Below are positions 37,674-48,516 of a stretch of DNA of 64,000 nucleotides, piece after piece; position 1 is the stretch's first letter, and the number at the start of each line of letters is the position of its first letter. Location: contig JBHGNT010000007.1 in NCBI GenBank assembly GCA_043228905.1, forward strand, positions 5,208,001 through 5,272,000, given 5' to 3'. The notes under the pieces are model-generated. The model saw only the letters and a list, made by a program, of their open reading frames with translations. It was not told the DNA's origin and ran no database searches. Made by a program: the position numbers and the translations under genes. Origin of the DNA: Azolla caroliniana. Its lineage: Eukaryota > Plantae > Polypodiophyta.

Positions 37674-38118
37674 AGGAGATCCCGGAGGATCACCTAGTTC
37701 TCCGTCACTTCGCTGGCTTGTTGTACGTACCAAGTGGCGACGACATTTTTGACCAAGGTGCAAACTTCCAAAGCCTTGCGCTCGTCAAACCATTTGTGGT
37801 AACTTGAGATCATCTCAAAGTGATCCAACCATGCTAAGACGTCGTCAGAGGGCAAGCCGGAGAAGGACTTTGGGCGAACCTTGGAATCTAGCTGATATGG
37901 AGACCGATCATTGGTAGCGAAGAGGAAGGAGAGCATAGCTTGGTTCGTGTGGTTGATTTGAAGCATGGCATTGGAGAGGTCTTGTAGAACTTGTTCCATT
38001 TGGAAGGGGGGTGGCCGCTCAGGAGGTTGTGGGAACTCAGATTGCATAGGGGTATCGACTTCAACGATGACGGGAAGGAATTGGGACGCCATGAACGAGG
38101 TGATAGTGGCTAAAATTT

Positions 38119-38136
38119 TACCCCGCTTCTCCACCA
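38119..38136 (-). promoter_or_regulatory. Primer binding site of A, complementary to tRNA-Ala
   Basis: The plus strand TACCCCGCTTCTCCACCA matches the recalled plant tRNA-Ala 3' end TACCCCGCATCTCCACCA at 17/18. It lies 4 nt from the LTR end. Confidence 0.8.
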
Positions 38137-38140
38137 ATTA

Positions 38141-38408
38141 TGTGAAATGCACATAAATGGAATCCAAACCAGCTTGCTTAGCTTCTTACTTCCTATTCAA
38201 TTTATAGTCGTACAAAGGTACCATTTGGGTTGGCTTTACTTAGCTACATGCGTCCTAACAAGGGTATTCTAAAAGGGTGGCTCAACGGAACACATGTACA
38301 CCATAGCATGAAGGCATGCATGCTAAACAAGGGTATGCTAAAAGGGGCACAAAGGAACACATGCACGCCCAACATGAAGGCATGCATTTGCATCCAAGGG
38401 ACACCACA
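38141..38408 (-). repeat. 5' LTR of element A
   Basis: 268 bp, TGTG...CACA, between the PBS and a LINE fragment. CTATAAAT on minus near 38200. Confidence 0.75.
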
Positions 38409-38765
38409 ATATATTGGAGTCACTTTAAGTGCTCGCTCAAGTCAATTTTCGATGACAAAGGTAGCCCTAAAGATAGACTAACAAGGGGATATGCATCCCT
38501 CTCAATCATAGAGAGACAATGCCACCATGCATACTTTCGAGAGCCACGAACAAAGGGGTTGCTCTTCGACTTATTAGTGACCCTCTCTGTCATGTATGCA
38601 TAAATGGTTTGGGCTCCAAGACTACCACCTTTCATGTGGGCACAATTAGAGAGATCACGAGTGATGATGATGTCACGTCAACTCTGAAGCAAATCGACGG
38701 AGCCACGTGAGTAGAGTTTGACTTTACACTCGATGCTAGTAAAAGCACTTTTTCAACTTGTATTT
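38409..38765 (+). mobile_element. Second, more diverged fragment of the same RTE-like LINE family
   Basis: Homologous to ~18770-19125: DRLTRGYASLSIIERQCHHAYFREPRTKG versus DRLTRGHASLSLLERQCHQAYFQEPRTKG. Confidence 0.88.
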
Positions 38766-39349
38766 TGTAGGGAAAAGTACCAGGACACCCTTGGAAGTTC
38801 GTCTATTTACTAGATATCTTAGAGCTAAAACAAGAGAGAGAGACTAAGCTACAAAATGTTACCCATTTTCTAATATTCACCAACATGTAATCAATGAAAT
38901 TTTTCAAGGGAAGGAGAGGACAATGAGCATGGACACACTTGCACCACTCAACCTCTCCTTCGTTGAAGCATAAAAACAAAGAACACCCAAACACCCTCAG
39001 ATTAGGGGCCTCAATGTCACTCGTCGTGTAGAGCAATAAAGATGATAAGGGAATGTGAGTTACACTACCTAGAACCTATGATCATGGCACCTTTTACATT
39101 AGGACCACGAGCCACACCCACGTCGAAACCCTTGACCTCCCTCTCCTTTTCGAGAGACTTGGATAGAAATGAAACTAAGCCTAGCACAATGTCATTTTCT
39201 TTATAGAATATGTTACATGATAACACCTTTTCTACGATACTATAATTCTTTGTCTAAGTTTTATTTTATTTATATTTCAATGATTGGGTACACATCCCAT
39301 TTTGTTGTAAGCAATTGTCTCATAGGCCAAAATTTGTCTTAGAAGACGT

Positions 39350-39493
39350 TAATCTCTCTCTCTCTCTCTCTCTCTCTATGTGTGTGTGTTACTTCTTTGT
39401 TTCGATCACACTAGAATATCATGCACGAATGGTGTGTGTAGTGTGCTTAGGTGTGTCAAGGAAGTTTGTTGCATCTTAGAGTGTTTCGGGGTT

Positions 39494-39577
<84 letters not shown>

Positions 39578-39965
39578 CCAAACTTTGTGCGTCTCTTGTG
39601 TGTGCATTTTTTCTTTGGGCTCATTTTGTGTGCGTGTCTCGCTTCTTTGCTTTAGACACATTCACATATCACACATGAATGGCATGGTTGTGTGCATACA
39701 TGTCAACAATCATTTGTTTCAAGGAAATTGTGTTGCCTCTTGAACTGCTTAGGGGTTGATATCACTCCTCTTTGCATTTGTCTCATGTTTGTATTTGTGT
39801 TTGTTTGTGTGTTTTCTTTGGACTGTGTGTGTGTGTGTGTGTGTCACTTCTTTGTTTCAGTGCACTCGCATATCACGCACAAATGATGTGTGTTGTGTGC
39901 ATACATGTTAACACTCATATGTTTAAGGAAGTTGTGTTGCCTCTTGGGGTGTTCAAGGGATGCTC
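39350..39965. repeat. Three degenerate ~130-bp repeats separated by CT/GT microsatellites
   Basis: CTTCTTTG.TT...ATATCA...AAGGAA.TTG.GTTGC.TCTT recurs near 39390, 39640 and 39847. Confidence 0.7.
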
Positions 39966-41105
39966 AAAGTTATAGATCGCGGGATCCCTTGGAGTTGCAT
40001 TCATGTGGCCCCTACATACACGCAAATACAATATTAGAGTCATTTTTTATTGTTTTGAGCCATGTTTACGCTCAATCAATGCTACTCACACACTTCATTG
40101 GAAAGTGGTTTATTATGAGCTTCGAGGAAGATATCTTTTTATGGAGTATGTTACCCTTGCAGTAACTTGTGGCAACCAAGGTGCACGTGTCGTGGTTACT
40201 TCCTACACGTGCAAGGAGATGGTATTCAAGTTTCTCTCTCTGATTTGCAAGTTGCTAGCTTAGTTGGAGACCCCAATGAAGTCTATACCTTGATCGCTCC
40301 CATGAAGTAGTTGATCAATCAATGAGAAGAATATGTGATTGACTCTTGATCATTACTTAATATAGGTTGTTTGTGTACATAAAAATAATATTTCTAGTGA
40401 ACCCTTTGTTGGTTTCTATCTCGAACTATAAGGACTCTTTAGTGGAAAAAGTTACTCCATTGTAAACTATCTAGAAAACCACATTTGAAAACAGAGGTAC
40501 AAAGAAAAATCCAACAATCTTTGTGGGTTATCAATCTATAACTAAATTTGTTTTTTTAAATATTATACTTAATTTAACGACGCAAAAATGTGTACTTGTC
40601 ACAAGAAAACTTTAAATGTCATAAATAAATAAAGGATATAAATGTTAGCTTAAAATTTGAAAATTCACATAAGGAGTTTTGTTTTGTCTAAAAAAATATC
40701 CTCCATTGGTATTAAAGAAGTCAATATACAAAACAATCCACTATTACAATGAATATTGCAACATATTTAAGTAGAAAACTCTTGAACAATCATGAAGCTT
40801 CAACATATTTAAGTATATCAGTTGAAAGACTTTGGTGGTTATGAACTCTTGAGCAATTTTTCCCAAATTGAGCTTCTCTTCAATATCCACAACACCTTGT
40901 CTGTCACATTCTTTTGCAACTATGGCACTAGAATGAGGATCTTTTCCATTAGTTTCTACATTTAGTTTTGATCCTACTGCTTCAAGACTACCTATTGCTT
41001 CAAGACTATGTCACTGAAATGAGTGTCTTTTACAGTAGTTAACGTTGATGCGACAACTTCAAGACTTCTCTCAGGTTTTATGAATTTCTTGGAAATTCAC
41101 ATAAG

Positions 41106-41855
41106 TGGCGGGAACCCCAAGTTCCTTATGCGCAACGCTCGGCCACAACCGAGATTCTTTTCATACACAGAAAACGGGAAATAGAACACGGCACAAAGAG
41201 GGGAAAGATACACAGGAGGTTTACATGGAAAACCCCAAACTAGGGGAAAAACCACGGCAGCCCACGGGCTGCAAACTGTCACTATGTAAGAATGTACAAA
41301 ACAGTGAGTTCACGGAGGCAACGACCTCGTGCTCACGAACTTCGCCACAGGCGGCGGTTACAACAGAGGCAACGACCTCGTCTCTCTCTCTCTCTCTGTA
41401 CAGTTACGCACTCTCTCTTCTTCTTGCACCAACAAGAAAAAAATGACAACAACCACTAAAGTTTGCCCTAAGTCATATTTATCTAATATGACTTTTTGGC
41501 TATTTACAAATGTAGCCTCGATGGGCTCTTAGAAACATATTTATGAATATGTCTCTTCCTCCGATTCGCACCGGGTCTGCGTCATCCGGCTCTCCGTAGC
41601 CGGGTACTCCTCATCCGGTTCACACCGGGCCTGCACCATCCGGCTCTCCGTAGCCGGGTACTCCTCATCCGGTTCATACCGGGCCTGCACCATTTGGCTC
41701 TCTGTAGCCGAGTACTCCTCATTCGGTTCATACCGGGCCTGCACCATCCGGCTCTCCGTAGCCGGGTCCTCCTCATACGGTTTCGGCCTCGGCCGAGTTT
41801 GTTCATCCGGCACTGTTCTTCTCCCTTCCCATCCGGAGGGACCTGTCTCCCAACA
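41106..41855 (-). mobile_element. Solo LTR (Copia-like), 750 bp
   Basis: TG...CA termini with a perfect TSD ATAAG (41101-41105 and 41856-41860). Contains the GGAAAACCCC...GGAAAAACCACGG motif typical of reversed Copia LTRs. Confidence 0.88.
41555..41785. repeat. 54-bp tandem repeat, ~4 copies, inside the solo LTR
   Basis: CATCCGGCTCTCCGTAGCC or a close variant at 41583, 41637, 41691 and 41745. Confidence 0.92.
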
Positions 41856-42925
41856 ATAAGGAGTTCCTTTTCTCTATGGCCCAAACTCCGAGAAATTTGA
41901 TTTGGAGACCAAAGATAAAGTTGAACAATGGAGACTCGCAGAACAATGAAGATTGGGTAGCATTTTTTTCTTTAGCAAAATATTGTGATGCAATTTCTTT
42001 TTTAGCTAAAGTCGAAGAGTTTGGTGCATGTCCATAAGTACTTTGAAATGTTTATGTTAGTAACAAATGTTTTAGACGTATTAGTTTTCAATTCCTTAAT
42101 ATTGTTCCAATGGTTACTAAGTAGCTATAGTACATAACTTGTATAAAGTTGCTTCTTGATGACATTATTGTACAAATCTCATGATCATGTTGTTTCTCAT
42201 GGAAATCATGTTTATTCTTGAAAAAGTATGAGTGATCCCTTATTGTAAAATGTCAACATTAAAGCGAGCCACAAATTTCTTAAAAAGACTTTATGTTTCT
42301 TTGTTCATTGTAAACACATATAATTGCAAATGTTTTAGGCGTTGACTTTATTTTAGAAAATAGAATGAAGTATTTAAGATGTTATGAATCATGTTTGCAT
42401 TTTATTTATATATATGCACTTTTTGTTTGGGAGGTAGTTAATCTATATTCATACATAAAATATGTATGCTACTTCACCATACTTAACTTATGTGACAATC
42501 ACATAACACGTAACTAGCGACAATGGTGACATAAGCATCGACACACTAGAGTAAATGATAGACTCGATAATGAATATTTGCCTTCAATGCCATTATATTT
42601 TGTTTTATATAGAGACGGGAAAGGAAGCTGGCTTCTTACCTCCATTGCGTTACATTAACTTCTCATTCTACTTAATTCTTCATGGCTCATGAATGAACTT
42701 GAAATTTAACATTGATGGTTGGATTCTTAAAAAGAAGTCTAATTACTATATTTCTATAAATGATTATTTACTACTATTTACTCTTCAATACATAATATAA
42801 TTATGCAAATTTACATTATCTAATTCTCATTGTGGCATTTAATTATCTTCCATTGGACAACCAACACATTAATCCCACATTCATGAACTCAATCATTTAG
42901 ATCCATCACTATCAAGGAGCCTCGT

Positions 42926-43470
42926 TTCTATTCGACCTCAGTTGCATAAATGTGAACAACAAGTGAATCTAGGGCTTGGACGGCCCTGAACTCGTTTTGG
43001 GAATCCTAGACGGTCAATGTCGTCCACTATTTATATCTAAAGAAAATGAAAATGAAAAAGTAGAGAAAATGAAAAAAAAATGAAAAGAGGAGAGAGAAAA
43101 TGAAAAGGGGGGGGGAGAGAGAAGCAAAAACCGAAAACCACGCAGAAGAGGGGGTGGGAGAGAGAAAGAGAAAGAGATTTCAACATACAAAAAAGAAAAG
43201 AAAACAATTGAGAGAGAGGGGGAGGGATAGAGACAATGAGATTTCCACACAGAGAATTTGAATTTCCCCCAAAAAGTTCTCTCTGTTCTTTTTTTTTTTT
43301 GTTTTTTGAGTTTCTTTTTGTGTTTTCTACTTTTCATTTTTTCATTTTTAGTTTTCTTTTTATTTGTAATTGGACGGCCCTGATCGTCTTGGATTCCCGA
43401 AATGAGTTAGGGTTGTCTAAGCCCTAGATTCACCCATAGTTCACATTTATGAACCTGAGGTCGAATAGTG
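42926..43470. mobile_element. Non-autonomous CACTA-type fold-back element
   Basis: ~100-bp imperfect terminal inverted repeats (CTATTCGACCTCAG... / ...CTGAGGTCGAATAGTG). The right end reads CACTA on minus and the left end is decayed (TTCTA). Confidence 0.7.
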
Positions 43471-43965
43471 ACTAGTTGTATAGTAGTATTACTATGAAGC
43501 ATACATATAACTACACAATAATGGGGACAATAGTTTATGGTAGCTATTGTTGTGAAGTATACAAGTAATCACTCATAATGGAGTCTTCTAGGTTGCAGAT
43601 GGGTCATTGAATATTGATAAATTAGTGGTGATAGCCAATCGATAATTGGCAATATGAAGTTGACATTAATGGTGACAAATATAGATGTAATACTTGAACT
43701 TCACAAGGCGATTTAAATGGTAAGGAACATCACCCAGTGGGTAAGCAACAAGTTGTTATTGACTATTTGTAATCCCTCCTTTTGCTCCATATTAAGTTAC
43801 TCTGATAAGAAAAAAAAACTACAAGAAAACCGTAGTGGGGATGGGGAAGGGTGATGACTTTGTGTGGTCGTGTTGACAATGGGGTTGCCATAGGTTGCAG
43901 GGGACATGGTTGGTTTGCTAGATGTATAGGTGTTGGTGTGCGGATAAGGGGTGAGAAGACAATTG

Positions 43966-44184
43966 TACTAAAGGACACGTGGAGGAGATGGGAGACACAA
44001 GCCTTCTTTGCTTCATGCAGCTCATAGCTCTAGTTGAGCCTCTGAGGCAAAGTGGTCCCAATCAACAACTCAATACTAAAGGACGCGTGGAGGAGATGGG
44101 AGACACAAGCCTTGTTTGCTTCGTGCAGATCATAGCTCTAGTTGAAGAGCCTCAGAGGCAAACTGCACCCAATCAACAAGTCAA
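43966..44184. repeat. 108-bp tandem duplication
   Basis: TACTAAAGGAC.CGTGGAGGAGATGGGAGACACAAGCC at 43966 and 44074. Confidence 0.9.
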
Positions 44185-44281
44185 TCTCCATATACTACAA
44201 AAACAAGGATGATGCATGTTTGGGGGATATGGCTTACTTCATAGGGAACAACCTTGCTTCCAAGTGGAACACAATCCCTAT

Positions 44282-44725
44282 TGTAACCGTCGGACGTAAT
44301 GTGTAAAATATGAAAAGTGTATTAGAAGCATTAAGGAAAGAGATGTAACAGTTCATGCGAGAAGTGTGACCGGCTGAACGCCTGTGTATATAAAGGGCAG
44401 AAATCCTTTGTAAGAGGTAGCATGTAATTTTTGAGCGTGAGGTTTTTTCTAATAGAATCTTATCTTCTTTGTTTGTGCAACCCGTGTTGTCTTGGGTAAT
44501 CTTTGTGCTATTTGTAAGTGCGTCTCTGTAAGCATAGGGTAAGAGTTAGCGTAGTAGCGCACTCAGGTTCTCAGTCGTAGCCGTGAACCTTCACCCATAG
44601 ATACGCATTATTACGCAACTAACAGCTTATGGCTCGCGCCTTGTGTGGCGTCATACCTTGCCACACAATCACCTTGAGGTCTATCTCGATGGACTAAAGA
44701 TAGACAATGTTCCATATCGGTAACA
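44282..44725 (+). mobile_element. Probable solo LTR, 444 bp
   Basis: TGTAACCG...CGGTAACA inverted ends and TATATAAAGG near 44387. The TSD is not clean: ATCCC is present on both sides but offset by 3 nt on the left. Confidence 0.5.
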
Positions 44726-45795
44726 ATCCCTTCGTGGACATGTGGCCTAATTCACCTCATTTGCCTGTGGTATGCCTTCGCACAAGCTAATTAGAGGGAT
44801 CAGAGTACTAAGGAGGCCTTTATTTTAAAGTCCATATGCAGATAAGATGAGAAACCAAAATGGGTTCCATGGGAATGATAAGAGCAAAGTGGGAGAAAGA
44901 GCGAGGGCAAGGGTGAAGAAGAATTTGTTGTGAAGGTAAGCGTGAGGAAGGAGGAATTGAGAGATTGTGGGAGTGAGGGTCATGTGGCCATACACACAAG
45001 GGTGGAGCTTGAACATAATAATTGTAGAAAAAATCCACTATAAAGTGATTATTGTGAGCATGGGAACCTTGTTTATATGCAAGAGGCATTAAAGATGTCT
45101 ATGTGGGAAAGGGAACATAATTAGAGACATTGCATGACTAAATACCCTAACTCTAAGGGTAACATTAACTAATTAATTGTTTTATTTGAAAGGTATAGAA
45201 ATAGGTACAACACGAACATGTGACAACCCTTACAATGCTTGCTATTCGAAGATCGACAATTGTATCCCCTGTTTGGGCATGTTGTTGGGGCTAGAGATAT
45301 GTGATTTTGCCAATGGGATCAGGAGTGATGAGTTGGGTATAAGGTCCTCAAAGTATGACTTAAGTTGAAAGTTGTTTATCAATTGGGGCTTTGTGTGGTT
45401 ATCCATTTAGTTGCACTAGAATGTCTTGTTGTTCTTCATGTTGACGACCAAATAAGGACCGGTTTACTGTATTCAAAATAATTCTATCATCAAACAAAAT
45501 TGTGAATGGATGACAAGTACTAGATGGTTGGTGACAAAGTGAACCCGACAATGTTCTTGATGCCAATCAACATACACATTATGACATTGTTGGCAGAATT
45601 CACAATGCAACATGCCCTTGATTCCATCTTTGTTGTCATAGTCTCAGGCCACTGTGTGCATTCTCAATTGTAACATAATTTATCAATAAAATTCTTGAAC
45701 ATCAAGAGTCGCTGCTCAATTAGACACCTAGTACATAAAATGATTCAATTGATGATCCATAGGTCATACATACACATTTTTTACCTCCAAGAATG

Positions 45796-45840
<45 letters not shown>

Positions 45841-46081
45841 CTATATATTTGATTGTCTACAAACTTTGTAATTGAATTCAATATCACCTATGTCGAATGT
45901 AAATATGGGACCACAAGCCCAAGTACAAAAGGAAGCATTTTCGTGCTACATCTCTTGGTCATCCCCCCTTAAGTTTCCATGCCTCATCTCTCATTTTACA
46001 TATGGTATAATTTTTTCTTTTTTCTTTTTTTCCAAAAACATAACTCCTTGCATTAGTTATAAAACTTTACACTTGTGAATG

Positions 46082-47560
46082 TTATATACAAACCATTGAA
46101 GGGACTCGATAATTCCATCTTATGTGGAGGCCCGTTGATTCAAGAGCAGGAGAGGACGACCATTGTTGGATGATGACCATAACTTCACTCCAGATCTCAT
46201 GCAATAATATCACCTGATGCACAAATTGATTGGAGAAGACTCGTTGTCTTTCTCCTCTATCAAATCTGCCTGTGATGCCATCATATTGGCTCTTTAGCGT
46301 GGCCATAACTTCACTCCATATCTCATGCAATAATATCACCTGATGCACAGTTTGATTGGAGAAGACTCGTTGTCTTTCTCCTTTATCAAACTTGCCCGTG
46401 ATGCCATCATATTGGCTCTTTAGCGTGGCTACAACTTCACTCCATATCTCATGCAATAATATCATCCAATGCACAATTTGATTGGAGAAGACCCGCTTAC
46501 AATGTTCTTTCCATATAGTCCATAGTGTTATTGGGTTGAGTAATTCCCTCATGACTTGATCTTTGGCATTGATGTGGGTTGAGCAAACATTGTTGGTGGT
46601 GGAAAATGAGATCTCTTGTGCCTTTATCACCAATGTCATCTCCTTAGATCTCATGTGCCTTTATCACTAATGTCATCCCCTCCACCTGATGTTCATAACT
46701 GTCAATCAGGGCTTGTCAAGATAACCAACATACATTCCCCCACTTGATTGTGCCTTGCACCTTGCACAGTTGCAATATTTGATCAACCCCCTCCATATTT
46801 GATGAATCCCTAGGAAGTCTCATCGAGTGTGTCAGATTGATTCTATTTCATCGAGTCACCCTATACAATTAGGAGTGTGAAGGATCATGCGTTGCCACGC
46901 TCCGCCTGGTAGTGAACTATGTATTAATAGCCATTGAAACATGGTAAATTGCCTAGAGTGGTGTGATTTCCATGATTGCTGCCAAAACTTGTAAATAGTC
47001 ATAGGGGGAACATGAGATGTTTGTCATATATTTTTAATAGTCGGTTCTCTATCGGTTTGAGCACTTAGGATGTGGTGACCCAACCTGGTCGTGAATTGGA
47101 AGAAGGGGATGGCTTTACTTCCTTGCCCCACATATGGATCGTGACATATCCATTGTAAATGGTCCTAGTTGACCTTACGTAACCATGTGTTTTCATGAAC
47201 ACATAAACGACATTTTGGTTGTACTTTGACTGGGTCGGGATCTACAAGCCACTTACTACTTCTATACGCTAGCACTCAAATCACCATGCTCATTGTTGTT
47301 TTTGGATTGACTGCAACTCATGGCCTTGGATCTTATATGGTGTTTTCATACCTCTTGGAATCATGGAACCACCCTCCTCATTCCCTATCCACTTCTCCAT
47401 TGCCTTCCTTGGATTATTAGCTTCCCCAAGTAATAGAGTGTTCACAATGTCAAATCTCATAGCCCATCTGCCCCTAATTCCATGTAATATATTGGCTTGA
47501 TCCTATATTTGGAGCTATGTAATGGACACAAATATATTGGTTGGGTACTAGATATGCTCA
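46082..47560 (-). mobile_element. Degenerate L1-like LINE ORF2 C-terminus (zf-RVT region) with an internal 126-bp repeat
   Basis: KFWQQSW...FQWLLIHSSLP near 46990-46905 and LWTIWKEHCKRVF. Repeat units at 46177, 46303 and 46429. The upstream boundary is approximate. Confidence 0.65.
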
Positions 47561-48186
47561 ATGCTCAAATAATTGTGGATTTTATTACCCTAATGCGATG
47601 ACATATGAGCATAAGAGAACATGGAATGCTTGACCCTTATATTCTAAAAACATGCAACCAACACATGGCATCTCGAGAATCCAGAACAAACTTAAGTATG
47701 GGTATGGTTGCAATCCACAATGGCCATCCATTGGCTTCCTTTTTTTCCATTAAGGACTCCAATAACATTGTTGACGTTTGATTGTTGCCAAAGTTGCAAA
47801 CCACCAAATGAAACATGGCATGGAGAAATCGAAATGGGTAAACATATATGGGGAGATCTAGACATGACATATGTTCGAGGGGAGGGTAGTGTTTGTGAGT
47901 GGGAAGTCTAGAGTGGAGCTATAACTATGGGGAGCGTTCCTAGGGCATGTTTTGCAGGTTGCCACTGTGGGCAGGGGGGGGGGAGGCGTCACAAGTGTCG
48001 ATTGTTGCGAATCGTGCTCCTTTCCAGGGCAGAACTGAATGGTCCTTTTTTTTTTCTTCGAATGGATGACTCCGACGGAGAAGATTTGCCTGCCAAATGC
48101 TGCGAGCGAGCTTCGAGATTTCCCAGCAGACATAAGAGTCGAGACTCTCTCGAGGTTTCCGTCTCTCGCGCAACTCATTTTTAATG

Positions 48187-48227
<41 letters not shown>

Positions 48228-48516
48228 CAACAAGGTTCTCTCAAACGGGCGAGATGGACAACGGATTGGATGGACGGGCAACGGACGAGAACTTTGAATG
48301 TACTCCCATTCATACATACATACTTGTTCCCCCCCTCCCCTTCTTCTTCTCTTCTTCTCTTCTTCTCTTCTTCTTCTTCTTCCTTGGGTTGAGTTAGGGC
48401 TACTTTTGTAAATTTCTCCAAATTGAAGCAAGGTAGAGCAGAGGTTTATCTCCCCCTCTGTTTCTCTGTTTCTCTGTCTCTGTCTCTGTCTCTGTTTCTG
48501 TCTCTTCTTTCTTGCT

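Larger units (their letters stand above)
19436..38408 (-). mobile_element. Ty3/Gypsy element A (non-chromovirus-like), decayed, 3' LTR missing, host of insertions D and B
   Basis: 5' LTR 38408-38141, PBS 38136-38119, gag 38137-37674 continuing at 24981-24427, PR-RT-RH-IN 24430-21830, and the integrase GPF tail (WIGPFTV...HVARIKPY) at 19595-19436. Confidence 0.9.

Noticed and set aside
38766-39340. ORF 38803..39036 with LRVFGC (Copia integrase-like) and a TGTAGGG LTR-like start
   Set aside because: Only a six-residue match, with no other Copia motifs and no second terminus or TSD found.
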